Below are positions 27,831-38,213 of a stretch of 64,000 bases of DNA, in pieces. Position 1 is the first letter of the stretch; each line of letters opens with the position of its first letter. The DNA is taken from NCBI GenBank assembly GCA_040399745.1, contig JBBARP010000001.1, positions 240,511-304,510 of the forward strand. Reading direction: 5' to 3'. The position numbers and the translations under genes were made by a program. The stretch is from Bdellovibrionia bacterium (GTDB lineage: Bacteria; Bdellovibrionota; UBA1018). Below the pieces are notes generated by a model. It was not told where the DNA came from. It did not search any database and saw nothing but the letters and a program-made list of their open reading frames with translations.

Positions 27831-30800
27831 TCCGCAAGCCCCTGCTTATTTTCACCGGCCTGACAGGCGTGCTGGTGGCGGGGGCTTTGCTCTTTATTCG
27901 GAGCGAGACCTTTGCAGGGGCTCTGCGACGATCGGCTCTGGCCTACCTTCCGCGCGGTTCTCAGGTGGATGTCGATTTTAATCGAGTCGCGATTGGCTTT
28001 TTTCCGCCATCCGTCAGTTTTTCCGGAATTCGGTTTCAAGCGAACGGAGGGAACTTTCTCGATCTTTCGGCGGGCACTCGAATCGTCGCCGATTCGTTGG
28101 AGCTTTCGTTCGGAGCCGTTCAGATGCTCTCGGGAAGTATCCGAGTCAGAAAGGTTTCAGTGAGGCGCGGGGAAGTCGACCTTCCGATTCGCCCCAAACC
28201 CAGCCGCGCTTCCCAAAAGGGTCAGCGTGATTCGGATCGCCTGCAGTGGAGCGATCTGTTTCAAGTGCAGGTGGAGTCCGTGAGTCTGGAAGATTCTAAG
28301 GTGCGCCTCAGCGCTCCGTCGGTTCCGGAATTTCACGCGCAAGCCTTAGCAGAGCACGCGGAAATTTCGCGTGCCCGCAACAGTCAGGGAGAGCCGGCGT
28401 ATCAGCTTCAACTGGGGCTTCGCGATCTGCAGGCAGAGCTTCCAAAAGCCTGGAAGGTGCCGTTTCAGGGAATCCACTCGTTTGAAGCGGATTTGAAGGT
28501 GGGCAAGTCGGGTGTGGAGATCGGCCGTCTCGAGGCCAAGAGCCCGGGCCTCCGAATCGGAGTGTCCGGTCGCGTAGATGGCGATTTACTCGAACCGAAG
28601 AAGCTTCCGATGGACCTTCAAGGTGAGCTGAAGTTTGATCTCTCGGCTCTGCGTTCTTGGATTCCGGAATTGGAAAAAAAGGGCGTCTCGGGCCAGAGCT
28701 TGTTCCGAGGTCGCCTGCAGGGAGATTTCGCCCGTCTTCAGGAAACGTTGCGGGGCGAGGGTCGACTTGAATTACAGAATTTGAAAGCAGGCACTTTCGA
28801 GGCGGATCGCGCCGAGCTGAATGGATCGTGGGAATCCAGCGACGGGGGAGAGCTTCAGCTTCAGGGAGCTGAGATTGAAGCGGTCCAAACGCCGCGAGTC
28901 GACGGAGTGTCCCCAGGCAAAGGCGGAAAGGTCCGGATCGGGAGTGTTCGGTACCGTCTGCGCTCGAGTGAGCCGGTCACCGTTCCGATTGAATTGGAAG
29001 GCGCCCACATCCACTGGCTGGGAGCGGCGGCAGTGGAGAGTATCTGGAATCTCGACTCGCGGCTGAACGGAAAGATTCAAGCCACCTACCATCCAGGAAG
29101 CCGAAAAAAGCCGGGCCACGTTTTGGCCCAACTGGATCTGAAGGCCAAAGATTTTCATCTCGATAACCAGAGGCCGGGCTTGAACCGCCCACGGCGCGAT
29201 TTTATTGCCGTTCCAGAGTTCGCGCTTCAGGGGGCTGTGCTCATCGACTCCAAAGCCGTGATGCCTCAGAATCTTTTGGTTTCTGCGGGCCGGGTTCAAC
29301 TGACGGCTGGCGGAAAAATCGACTACGCTACGGGGTGGGATCTTCAGGCGGAAGGTCCCGTGGCGCTTCAGGATTTGGGTCAGCTGGCGCAGAACCCCAT
29401 TCGCGGAGAGGGGACGTTGAAGCTTCAAGTTCACGGTCGTCCCGAGCGAGTGAAGCTCGACTTCGACTGCGATCTGAAAGACGCCTATTACCTCGATATG
29501 GCTTTTGGTGATTTCCAAGGACGAATCACCTACGATGATGCTCCCACACACCTGATTTTCTCGGGGATTCGCGCTGCCAAAGGTCGCACTCGCTACGAAG
29601 TCGACGGTAAACTCGAGATGGGTGACCGCGACAAAGCCGAGATATCGGCTCGCTTCCTTCAAGGTCGCATCGAGGATCTGACCGCACTCTTTTCGGACAT
29701 GCTGAAGCCCGTTTCCTGGTTCCCGCGAACCTTGAACGGCGACTTCCGCGGTGGCCTCACGGTTAGCGGTGGGTTGGACTTGAAAACGCTGCGCGTGCAG
29801 GGTGAGCTCGCCGGAACCCACTGGGAGTGGATGGGTGAGCGCTTTGCCCAGGCTCGTTTGGTGGGAGGCTACGATCGGGGCCGCTACTACATCGAGGAGT
29901 TTCGCGGCACGAAGAATGCGGGTCGGCTTCGGGGTCGGGTTTCTTATGGTCCTGAGCCCACGTTTGACTGGTCCTTGATTACCGACGATTTCCACGCTCG
30001 CGATTTTGACCACGTTTCGCGCTTGGATGTTCCTGTGAAAGCCTCTTTTCGAGCCACCAGTCAGGGACGAGGCAAAGAAGGCGAAGTCGAGTCGCTCACC
30101 ATTCTTACCGTGAATGACCTGAACGTGCGGGGGGTTTCCTACCCGGACAGTTCACTGGAGTTGAGAACTCGGAATGGTCAGCTTCAGGCAACCGGCCAGG
30201 CCTTTGGGGGCCAAGCCTCGGTCGATGGTCTCTGGGGCTCGGCCGCCGGAGCGGCAGGCCGCCTGAAGCTGCGAGCGCAGGATCTCGATTTTTCCCCGCT
30301 TCTGTTGCTGCTGAATCCCGCACTCATCCAAGATCCGATGCTTCGCGGGCGGTTGAGTGGGACGGCAGATCTGAGTTTACCTTCCGAAAGGACCGATCTG
30401 GCATCAGGAACGGTTTCTCTCGATGCTTATGAATTGAGAAAGACCGGGACCTCTTTCACGTTGGCACAACCTTCGCGATTAGAACTCCAACAAGGTACGG
30501 CAGCGGCCACGCAGGTCGTGCTGCGAGGAACGCAAGGCGACGCTGTCTTGAAGCTGGCCTCGCGCGAAGGTGCTCTGGACGGAAGCATTCAAGGCCGACT
30601 GGACGCTTCTCTGATCGAGTTCCTGACCCCCAGTATCCAGCAGGCATCGGGGGCTCAGGATTTGGATTTTCGAATCCTCGGTCGATGGTCGCTTCCGACG
30701 ATCGAGGGGCGGATTCGTCTCTCCGATGTGGCCGTACGAGTGGGTGCGGTCGAATCGCCTTTTGAAAATATTCGCGGCGAGCTGTCTTTAAGGCAGGGCC

Positions 30801-31930
30801 TGGTTCGTGTTCTGGATTTGTCGGGCGATCTAGCCGGCGGAAGGGTTTCTTCCACGGGCCAAGTTGAACTCTTCGCTGATCGTTACCCTGAGATTTCACT
30901 TCAATCGAACGTGCAGGGAAGTCGGATCAAGGTCTTCCCTTTCCAGTTTGCAAAACTGCGGGGGAAGCTGGGGGTTCGAGGGAGCGCTCCGCCTTATCTG
31001 GTTGATGGCTCGATGGTGGTGGAAAGTGCTCTTTCTCGCGAGAAAGTGATGAACACAAGCCAGGGTCGCGTTCTGAAGTCAGCGCTTTATACGCCTCCGC
31101 CGGGTTCATCGCGAGAAGCTGATATTCCGCTCTTTAAGCTCGACATCGGTGTGCGAGCCGATCAGGGCGTCATCGTGAAAAACGACCTGTTTGATGCTGA
31201 GCTGAAAGCTCAAATCAAAGTGGTGAATACCCTCGAAGCTCCGAGAATCGTCGGAACCGCGGATGTGATCCGGGGTAACCTCAGTTTCAAAGACCGGATT
31301 TTCCAAATTCAATCGGCCCAGATCCAGTTCGATAATCCGGCGGTTCTGAATCCTGCCTTCAACATGACCTCCAGTTCCGACATCAACGGAACCAAAGTGC
31401 AGCTCTATGCTGTGGGCCGAATGGACGCATGGAGAATTGATCTGTCTTCCAACCCGGTTTTACCTGAGTCCGAGATTATTTCGCTCCTGGCACTCGGTGC
31501 GACCTCGGAAGAGGTACGACGCCTGCGCGGCGGCGATCGAAGCTCGTTTGAACAAGGTGAAGCCGCATCGCTCTTGCTCCATTCACTCGACTTCAATCGG
31601 AACGTGAAGGACAAAACGGGTTTCCAGATTCAACTCGATGAAGCCGTGGGGACCGTTCAGGGCGCTTCCGTATTCCGCCCCCGGGCAGACACCGAGGCGA
31701 CCACCTCCCCGAAACTGGTGATTCGCCGCCGAATCGGGAAGAAAGTGGATCTCTCGGTCGGAAGCACGGTGGGGGTGGGAACGAATCACCAGCGCGAAGT
31801 GAACTTGGAGTATCAGCTCACTCCCGGTGTCTCTGTTAACGGGGTTTGGGATACGCAGGAAACTCTGGAAACCCAAGAGCCTCAGACTTCATACGGCGTG
31901 GACTTCAAACTGCAGCGGAGGTTCAAGTAA
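27827..31930 (+). CDS. tamB: TamB/AsmA-like (DUF490) bridge protein
   Basis: 1367 aa, N-terminal TM anchor, long glycine-rich beta-taco repeats, C-terminal DUF490-like LSSNP.LPESEIISLL. Confidence 0.85.
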   Translation: MIRKPLLIFTGLTGVLVAGALLFIRSETFAGALRRSALAYLPRGSQVDVDFNRVAIGFFPPSVSFSGIRFQANGGNFLDLSAGTRIVADSLELSFGAVQMLSGSIRVRKVSVRRGEVDLPIRPKPSRASQKGQRDSDRLQWSDLFQVQVESVSLEDSKVRLSAPSVPEFHAQALAEHAEISRARNSQGEPAYQLQLGLRDLQAELPKAWKVPFQGIHSFEADLKVGKSGVEIGRLEAKSPGLRIGVSGRVDGDLLEPKKLPMDLQGELKFDLSALRSWIPELEKKGVSGQSLFRGRLQGDFARLQETLRGEGRLELQNLKAGTFEADRAELNGSWESSDGGELQLQGAEIEAVQTPRVDGVSPGKGGKVRIGSVRYRLRSSEPVTVPIELEGAHIHWLGAAAVESIWNLDSRLNGKIQATYHPGSRKKPGHVLAQLDLKAKDFHLDNQRPGLNRPRRDFIAVPEFALQGAVLIDSKAVMPQNLLVSAGRVQLTAGGKIDYATGWDLQAEGPVALQDLGQLAQNPIRGEGTLKLQVHGRPERVKLDFDCDLKDAYYLDMAFGDFQGRITYDDAPTHLIFSGIRAAKGRTRYEVDGKLEMGDRDKAEISARFLQGRIEDLTALFSDMLKPVSWFPRTLNGDFRGGLTVSGGLDLKTLRVQGELAGTHWEWMGERFAQARLVGGYDRGRYYIEEFRGTKNAGRLRGRVSYGPEPTFDWSLITDDFHARDFDHVSRLDVPVKASFRATSQGRGKEGEVESLTILTVNDLNVRGVSYPDSSLELRTRNGQLQATGQAFGGQASVDGLWGSAAGAAGRLKLRAQDLDFSPLLLLLNPALIQDPMLRGRLSGTADLSLPSERTDLASGTVSLDAYELRKTGTSFTLAQPSRLELQQGTAAATQVVLRGTQGDAVLKLASREGALDGSIQGRLDASLIEFLTPSIQQASGAQDLDFRILGRWSLPTIEGRIRLSDVAVRVGAVESPFENIRGELSLRQGLVRVLDLSGDLAGGRVSSTGQVELFADRYPEISLQSNVQGSRIKVFPFQFAKLRGKLGVRGSAPPYLVDGSMVVESALSREKVMNTSQGRVLKSALYTPPPGSSREADIPLFKLDIGVRADQGVIVKNDLFDAELKAQIKVVNTLEAPRIVGTADVIRGNLSFKDRIFQIQSAQIQFDNPAVLNPAFNMTSSSDINGTKVQLYAVGRMDAWRIDLSSNPVLPESEIISLLALGATSEEVRRLRGGDRSSFEQGEAASLLLHSLDFNRNVKDKTGFQIQLDEAVGTVQGASVFRPRADTEATTSPKLVIRRRIGKKVDLSVGSTVGVGTNHQREVNLEYQLTPGVSVNGVWDTQETLETQEPQTSYGVDFKLQRRFK

Positions 31931-34582
31931 ATGAGCCTTCGGCTTCGATACGCCTGGATGCTTTCGGCCGTGCTGCTGGGTTCAGTCCTGCCGGCTGCGG
32001 AGCTTCGTGCGGCGGAAACCAAAGCGAGTGCGGCGCTACTGGAAGTAGACCGCGTGGAGTTACTCGGAGTCACAGCGCTAGAGGGCCAGGATGTTGAGTC
32101 CGCACTCGAAATCATCGCCGGGGATTCGCTCGAGCGAAGCAAAGTGGTGCGCTCGTTAGAAAACCTCCAAGCCTTGTATCGTGCACGTGGTTTTGAACAG
32201 GTTCGGGTCAAGAGCGAACTGGTTCGCGAACGGGACGAAGACGGGCGTCTCGAGAACGTGGTTCGAATTCGAGTGGAAGAGGGGCAGCCTACCCGGATCG
32301 CCTCGATTCGAATCGAGCTTCCCCCGCAGGAGACCGGAAAGCGCGCGAAGTCCATTCGGGACCTGGCGCTGAGCTTGGGGATTCGATCGGGCGATTTGCT
32401 GGATCAGGAAAAATTGGCCGAGGCTCGACGACTCGTTCAGGAGCGCTTGGGTGCCGAGGAATTCATTGGTGGACGTGCGGAAGAGAAGACTCTCGCTGTG
32501 GACCGCGTCCCTGCCGAGCTTTCTCGCGAGTATCCGGCAGGTCGTTGGGTCGATCTGGTTCTTCAGGTTGAGCTGGGTGAAAAAGTTAGTTTTGGTTTTC
32601 GGGGTAACCGCGTTTTCACCTCTGGGCAGTTGGGTGTCATGGTGGAAGAGCTTCGCAGCGTGGGCTTCGGAAAAGACTACGTCGGCGCGGTTCAGGCCAA
32701 GCTCGAGGATGAGTACCGAAAGTCGGGCTACGCTCGGGTGCGAGTTTCCTCGTTCGCTTTCGAAGGTGCCCAAGAGGGCGAACGAAGAATCAGTTACGTG
32801 ATTGAAGAGGGGCCTCGTGTCGTGCTGGCGCGGGTCAACTTTGAAGGGAACTCCTTCTTCTCCGCGAAGCAGCTCAATGAAGAGTTCAAAGCAAGGGCGC
32901 CGGCACTCACTTCAAATGGGTATTATTCAGAAGTAGAGATCGAGAAGACTTCCGAACTTCTGGTGGAGTGGATGCGGTCTCAGGGTTTTCTCTCTGCGAA
33001 AACCGTGACCATTCAACGCGCCTACAATTCGCGTGGCGATGAAGTGTCGCTGATGGTTTACCTGTTCGAGGGTCAGCAGACTGTGGTCGAGTCGATTGCC
33101 CTGGAGGGGGCTTCGGCAATCTCGCGTTCCGAAATCCTTTCTTTGTTGGCGCTTCAGGAAGGAAAGCCTCTCGATCTTTTTGCCTTCACAGAAGGTGTCG
33201 AAGTTCTGAAAGCTTTGTATCGGCGACGCGGCTACCTGGATGCTCGTATCAGAAATGAAGGTACGGAATCGGTCGTGCGCTATTCCGACGAGAACCGAGT
33301 AGCGCGAATTCGTCTCGAGCTCGACGAAGGCAAGCCCGCCGTTGTCTCCCGAATCGAAGTGGAAGGTCTGTCCAGCACACGCGAGAAAGTGGTGCTCCGA
33401 GAACTTCCCTTCAAAGTCGGCAGCGGAATGGATGAAGGCAAGATCCAGGAGGGCGAAAGCCGCCTCCGGAAGTTGGGCGTTTTCTCCAGCGCTGAAATCC
33501 TTGTTTCTCCCGACCCTCGTGGGGAAGGGCTGAAGCGGATCAGGGTGAGTGTCCAGGAGGGAACCCCAGGACTTCTCGCTGGAGGGATCGGATTCCGGAA
33601 CGATCTAGGGGTGCGGGTCTTCGGGCAGACCGCTTACACTAATTTGCACGGTCGCAATCACACGGCGTCGCTTTCAGCGAACATGAACCGTCGATTCACT
33701 CCTAATTTCTGTAGCAAAGGAATGGTCGACGGTCCGGACTGCTTCCTCGAGTACCAGGTCGAGCTGGGCTACGTTTGGCCTTGGTTTGCTTTTGGAGAGA
33801 CGACGTTTCGGCCCAAGATTTCGCTCGAGCGAACCATCTTCCGTCTTCTGGATACCGACGCTGCTATTTTTTCGGCCACTTTGGCGCGTCCGCTCCTACG
33901 TTCGCCCCAGCTGACGGCAAGCTTGAGTTACAGCTTGGAGAGGATTCGTCAGTTTAATGCTCGTTCGTCTGAGGATAACGACAACCTGCGGATCGGCTCG
34001 GTCACGCCGAGTCTACGACTCGACCTTCGGGATAATCCCCTCGTTCCCACTCGCGGATTTTACGCCGAGACTTCCTATGAGTACGCAGCGACGAGCTTGG
34101 GATCTCAGGGCGCACCTTTGCCGATCGGCTACTCTCGAGCCCAGTTCAGGACGGATTGGCTGCTTCCGGTGCCTTTCGGAATCATCGCTTCATTTAGCTT
34201 TAGAACCGGCTTGGAGCGAAACTTTGAAAATCAAATTCCTCTCTCCAAACAGTTCGCCCTGGGCGGCGTGACCAGTCTTCGCGGTTTCCGAGAGCAGGAG
34301 CTGAACATTCAATCGACGTCGGTCACCGGATTTGCATCCTACGTGAACTATCGAAGCGAATTGAGCTTCCCCTTCACGGGTGCGCTTCGGATTGTTCCTT
34401 TCCTCGATGCGGCCAATTTGCTGGTCGACGATTATTCGCTCGGCAACCTTCGTTACGGCGCAGGGGCAGGACTTCATTACTTGAGCCCGGTGGGTCCGGT
34501 GAATTTCGACTGGGGCTTTAAGTTAAGGGCGTTGGCAGGCGAGGACGCCTATCGTTTCTACTTCTCGATTGGCGTGCTTTGA
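31931..34582 (+). CDS. Omp85-family (TamA/BamA) outer membrane protein with multiple POTRA domains
   Basis: Signal peptide, POTRA repeats, LGGVTSLRGF loop, YGAGAGLHYLSPVGP, C-terminal YFSIG. Confidence 0.9.
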   Translation: MSLRLRYAWMLSAVLLGSVLPAAELRAAETKASAALLEVDRVELLGVTALEGQDVESALEIIAGDSLERSKVVRSLENLQALYRARGFEQVRVKSELVRERDEDGRLENVVRIRVEEGQPTRIASIRIELPPQETGKRAKSIRDLALSLGIRSGDLLDQEKLAEARRLVQERLGAEEFIGGRAEEKTLAVDRVPAELSREYPAGRWVDLVLQVELGEKVSFGFRGNRVFTSGQLGVMVEELRSVGFGKDYVGAVQAKLEDEYRKSGYARVRVSSFAFEGAQEGERRISYVIEEGPRVVLARVNFEGNSFFSAKQLNEEFKARAPALTSNGYYSEVEIEKTSELLVEWMRSQGFLSAKTVTIQRAYNSRGDEVSLMVYLFEGQQTVVESIALEGASAISRSEILSLLALQEGKPLDLFAFTEGVEVLKALYRRRGYLDARIRNEGTESVVRYSDENRVARIRLELDEGKPAVVSRIEVEGLSSTREKVVLRELPFKVGSGMDEGKIQEGESRLRKLGVFSSAEILVSPDPRGEGLKRIRVSVQEGTPGLLAGGIGFRNDLGVRVFGQTAYTNLHGRNHTASLSANMNRRFTPNFCSKGMVDGPDCFLEYQVELGYVWPWFAFGETTFRPKISLERTIFRLLDTDAAIFSATLARPLLRSPQLTASLSYSLERIRQFNARSSEDNDNLRIGSVTPSLRLDLRDNPLVPTRGFYAETSYEYAATSLGSQGAPLPIGYSRAQFRTDWLLPVPFGIIASFSFRTGLERNFENQIPLSKQFALGGVTSLRGFREQELNIQSTSVTGFASYVNYRSELSFPFTGALRIVPFLDAANLLVDDYSLGNLRYGAGAGLHYLSPVGPVNFDWGFKLRALAGEDAYRFYFSIGVL

Positions 34583-34588
34583 GAGCCC

Positions 34589-35581
34589 CTATTTCCCGGG
34601 TTCGTATTTGACCAGCGTCGCGACGATCGTTCCGATTTTCAGTTTTGCTTCGAGGCGCAAAGGAATCCGAGTTTCGTCGAGCGAGATCCAGAGGAAGTTA
34701 TCGTCCGGCTTTTTGAGCTGGCCGTTGATGCGCGCTCCGAGACGAAGTTTCAGAGCTTGTTTGTCTCCGAGACGAGAAGAGAGCTTTTCGGTTCCCTCGA
34801 CTTTGATGATCGATTGGAAGTGCTTTCCCTCTTGGGCGACTTCAAACTCAACCTGTTCGTTCAGCCGCAAGGGGATGGCGCGCAGGTAGTAGAGCGAGGA
34901 CACGCTGTCTTGAGCAAAGCGTGGCATCGGGAAATAGCCCTCGTGCCGTTTTGGGGTGTTGTCCCGGGGGGCCCAGAAATTTCGGTAAAACATTCGCCCT
35001 TGCTCATGGTCATAAAGTTCCAAGGTCTGGCGAGTCTGCTTGCTTTCGTCCAAGCTCATCTGAAAGCGGTGCGAGAAAAGGCCCGTTTGATCGAAGAAAG
35101 TATCGATCCGGTCGTTCATCCGGTAAACGAGCTTAAAAAGTGGGTGACTCTCGACGGTGATCGCCGAGTGATAGACGGCGCGGCCGTTGATGGTCTGCGG
35201 GGGCTGAACGGTCATCGTGAAGTAAGCCGCAGGCACCCCGAAGTACGTAATTTCATAGACCGCTTTTTCGCCGGTCTTGAACTGCGTTTGGAGGTCTTTT
35301 CGGAGATCGGGGTACTGCATGGCCGGCGCGGCAGGAGTGGAAGCGGCCTTCTTTTTTTGGATTCCTTTTTTCTCGCTCGGAAGGCTAGCCGGGGCGGTAG
35401 AGGCGCTTGCGGGCACGGCGGGAATCGCAGCGGCGGCTTGGAGTTCGAAGCGATCAGCCATCTCTTTGGGAAGCGTGAGGAGTTCTTCGGTCGGAGGGGT
35501 CACGCGGCCGCCGCTGGCGCAGCCCAAAGGAAACCCAGCAAGCAAGAGAAGCACAAGAGTTCGGTAGGCTGGCGACAGCAT
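34589..35581 (-). CDS. DUF3108-like exported protein, possible lipoprotein
   Basis: Hydrophobic signal ending LGC, GEKAVY, QDSVSSLYYLR, LWISLD..RIPLR. Confidence 0.7.
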   Translation of the reverse strand: MLSPAYRTLVLLLLAGFPLGCASGGRVTPPTEELLTLPKEMADRFELQAAAAIPAVPASASTAPASLPSEKKGIQKKKAASTPAAPAMQYPDLRKDLQTQFKTGEKAVYEITYFGVPAAYFTMTVQPPQTINGRAVYHSAITVESHPLFKLVYRMNDRIDTFFDQTGLFSHRFQMSLDESKQTRQTLELYDHEQGRMFYRNFWAPRDNTPKRHEGYFPMPRFAQDSVSSLYYLRAIPLRLNEQVEFEVAQEGKHFQSIIKVEGTEKLSSRLGDKQALKLRLGARINGQLKKPDDNFLWISLDETRIPLRLEAKLKIGTIVATLVKYEPGK

Positions 35582-35587
35582 GGCATC

Positions 35588-35617
35588 AGCCTAGCGGAAG
35601 CATCCTAAACCTGTCGA
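35588..35617 (-). promoter_or_regulatory. Leaderless sigma-70 promoter of the DUF3108-like gene
   Basis: TCGACA-N18-TAGGCT-N6-ATG on minus strand. Confidence 0.6.
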
Positions 35618-35662
35618 TAGTGTGTGGAATCCAAGTTGATCTTTAGCTTGGGCGCCGCGACG

Positions 35663-37078
35663 ATGGAGGGGATGGGGAAGCGGATTCACCGAAGAAAAGA
35701 GACGAGCATGATGATGCTCTGCGTCGCTCTTCTTTTGAGTTCTGCCTGTTCTCGTCCCGATTGGAATTCTGAGCTTCCGGATGCGACCACTTTGGGAAAT
35801 CCGCAGGGGTACCGAATCGCTCGAAGCATTCTTCATCTGCACTCTCCTTACTCGCATGATGCGTGCGACAAGAAGGGCTGGGTGGACGGACAGATCGATC
35901 AGGACTGTCTCTCCGATCTTCGGCGAGCCCTGTGTTTGAACCGAATCGATGCTGCGTTCTTGAGTGATCACCCGGAACACATGGCAGAGAGTTCATTTCA
36001 GGATCTTCTTTTGAATCGGGACGGAGATTCCTGGGAGCTGCGTTCTGGAATTCCGCGCTCGAACCGAGTTGCGGGTTGCTCGAATGGACATCAGCCGCTG
36101 GTGTCGGCGGGCTTCGAAGGGCGAGTGATGGCTTTGGGCATGGACAATCATGCATTGGGCTCGGTGGCTGATCGAGAGGCTCTTTACGGAAGTGAGGACT
36201 CGGCCTCGAATGACCGCGTCCGCTCAGAGACCGGCGCCTTGGTCATGATTCCTCACACCGAGAGTCGATCGGCTGCTTTGCTTCAGGCGCTCCGGCCGGA
36301 CGGAATTGAGATTTACAACTTTCACGCAAATCTGGATCCGAAGATTCGAAAGGCCAGTCTCGGCTTTCCTCAGTTTGATTCGGTCCTCGATATTTTGCCT
36401 TATTGGGTCGATCCCTATGGGGATGAAGAGCCTGATTTGGCCTTCTTGTCGTTCTTTCAAATCAGTCCTATTTACGCAGAGAAGTGGGACGGGATGATTC
36501 AGGCGGGTTTGAAACCGACTGGCTTTGCTGGAAACGATTCCCATCAAAACACTTTGCCGTATCGAGCCTCCGACGGTGAGCGCCTGGATTCTCATCGGCG
36601 GTTGCTTCGCTGGTTCACGAACCATTTGATGGTGACGGACCTACGGCTGGATTCACTTCGCGACGCCCTTCTTCAGGGACGGGCGTGGATGGTGGCGGAA
36701 GGTCTAGGCACGCCGGTGGGAGTGAATTTCCGTGCGGAGAGCTCTGGAACTGAATTTCCCGTCGGTTCGACTCTGACGTTCGTTCCGGGCGCGACCCGAA
36801 TTTTGTCGGCCTTACCCACTTTGCATCCTAGTTCTCCCCAGAAGGGATCTTCGCCCATCCTCACGCAGCGCCTTTACTGGACCTCGAGCAGTGCATCCTC
36901 GCAATTGGTGGCCACTGCCGTTGATCAGGATCTGGAGTTTTACCCAACCGAGCGGGGGGCCTATCGGTTGGAAATCTCGACGGTGCCTCGCCACTTGAAA
37001 CCGTGGGTTCGAACCGACCGGGACCGCTTGAAGCAGGAATATCCCTGGATCGTGACCAATCCGGTGTATTTGGAGTGA
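35663..37078 (+). CDS. Exported PHP-fold (CehA/McbA-like) metallohydrolase
   Basis: HLHSPYSHD, SDH, PHTE, GNDSH metal ligands; signal ending SAC. Start uncertain. Confidence 0.65.
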   Translation: MEGMGKRIHRRKETSMMMLCVALLLSSACSRPDWNSELPDATTLGNPQGYRIARSILHLHSPYSHDACDKKGWVDGQIDQDCLSDLRRALCLNRIDAAFLSDHPEHMAESSFQDLLLNRDGDSWELRSGIPRSNRVAGCSNGHQPLVSAGFEGRVMALGMDNHALGSVADREALYGSEDSASNDRVRSETGALVMIPHTESRSAALLQALRPDGIEIYNFHANLDPKIRKASLGFPQFDSVLDILPYWVDPYGDEEPDLAFLSFFQISPIYAEKWDGMIQAGLKPTGFAGNDSHQNTLPYRASDGERLDSHRRLLRWFTNHLMVTDLRLDSLRDALLQGRAWMVAEGLGTPVGVNFRAESSGTEFPVGSTLTFVPGATRILSALPTLHPSSPQKGSSPILTQRLYWTSSSASSQLVATAVDQDLEFYPTERGAYRLEISTVPRHLKPWVRTDRDRLKQEYPWIVTNPVYLE

Positions 37079-37088
37079 TCGGAGACCC

Positions 37089-38213
37089 ATGGCGACCCAC
37101 TTGAACCTCGGACTGCGCCGTTTAGATCGCTACGTTTTGGGCGAAGTGCTTCGCCCCTGGCTTGGGCTTTGTCTTTTCTTCTACTTCACGCTGCTTTTGT
37201 TTCAGGCGCTTCGTCTTTCTGACTTCCTGATCGTCCATCACGCACCGCCGTTAGTGGTGCTTCAGATTGTCGGGCTGATGCTGATTTCGTTTACTCCGGT
37301 GGTCGTGCCGCTCGCTTTTTTTGGCGCCGTGATGATGGGGTTTGGTCGCCTCTCTTCCGAGAGCGAACTCGTTGCGATGAAGGCCTCGGGCATCAGCATG
37401 AAGCGGATGGCCCGGCCCGTGGCTTGGGCTGCTGTTCCGATCACTCTCTTTGCTGTGGTGATGTCATTGAAGGTGGTGCCTTGGAGTGACCTGAATATGA
37501 CCCGCAAGCTTTTCATGGCGGGCAACATCCAAGCGGTTCACGCGATTCAGCCACGCACCTTCAACGCCGAATTTTTCGGACTCATGATTTACGCCGACGA
37601 CGTGGACCTGGAGTCGGGAGTTCTTCGAAACGTGTTCATTCACGACGAGCGGGATCAGAAGAATCCGATGGTCGTGGTGGCGCCTCTCGGGCTGCTCTCA
37701 GAAAGTCGTGCCAAAGATGGGCTTTCTCGGAAGACGCTCCTCGAGCTGAAAAACGGCAGCATGCACCGTCAACAGCGGGGCAATGAGCCGTTTGACCAGA
37801 TGTCTTTTGAGACCTACCGCTTGTTTCTGCAGAGTGAAGCAGGGCGCAGCCCCGAACCCAACAATACGCGGATCCTTCAGGTGGAGCAGCTCTGGCAGAG
37901 AATTCAACGGGCGCCACCGGGTGATCGTTGGGGACGAGAAGCTTCGGTCGAACTCTGCAAGCGGCTGGCTCTGGCCACGACTCCGCTGATCTTCGTTTTC
38001 TTGGGTGCGGGGCTGGGTTGTGTCCGAGGCCGCACGGTTGCAAGCCGTTCCACGCTGCTGACTTTCCTGGTCGCGGTGCTTTACTGGCAAGCTTTGGTGC
38101 TGTCGGTGGCTTGGGCGAATTCAGTCAGCTTGCCCCCTCCGCTCATCTTGATGCTGCCGAACCTCGGCTTGGCTGGGCTCGCGATCTGGAGCTTCCGGAG
38201 GGCTTCGTGGTGA
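37089..38213 (+). CDS. LptF/LptG-family permease
   Basis: LDRYVLGE, GRLSSESELVAMKASGIS, periplasmic jellyroll, three C-terminal TMs. Confidence 0.9.
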   Translation: MATHLNLGLRRLDRYVLGEVLRPWLGLCLFFYFTLLLFQALRLSDFLIVHHAPPLVVLQIVGLMLISFTPVVVPLAFFGAVMMGFGRLSSESELVAMKASGISMKRMARPVAWAAVPITLFAVVMSLKVVPWSDLNMTRKLFMAGNIQAVHAIQPRTFNAEFFGLMIYADDVDLESGVLRNVFIHDERDQKNPMVVVAPLGLLSESRAKDGLSRKTLLELKNGSMHRQQRGNEPFDQMSFETYRLFLQSEAGRSPEPNNTRILQVEQLWQRIQRAPPGDRWGREASVELCKRLALATTPLIFVFLGAGLGCVRGRTVASRSTLLTFLVAVLYWQALVLSVAWANSVSLPPPLILMLPNLGLAGLAIWSFRRASW

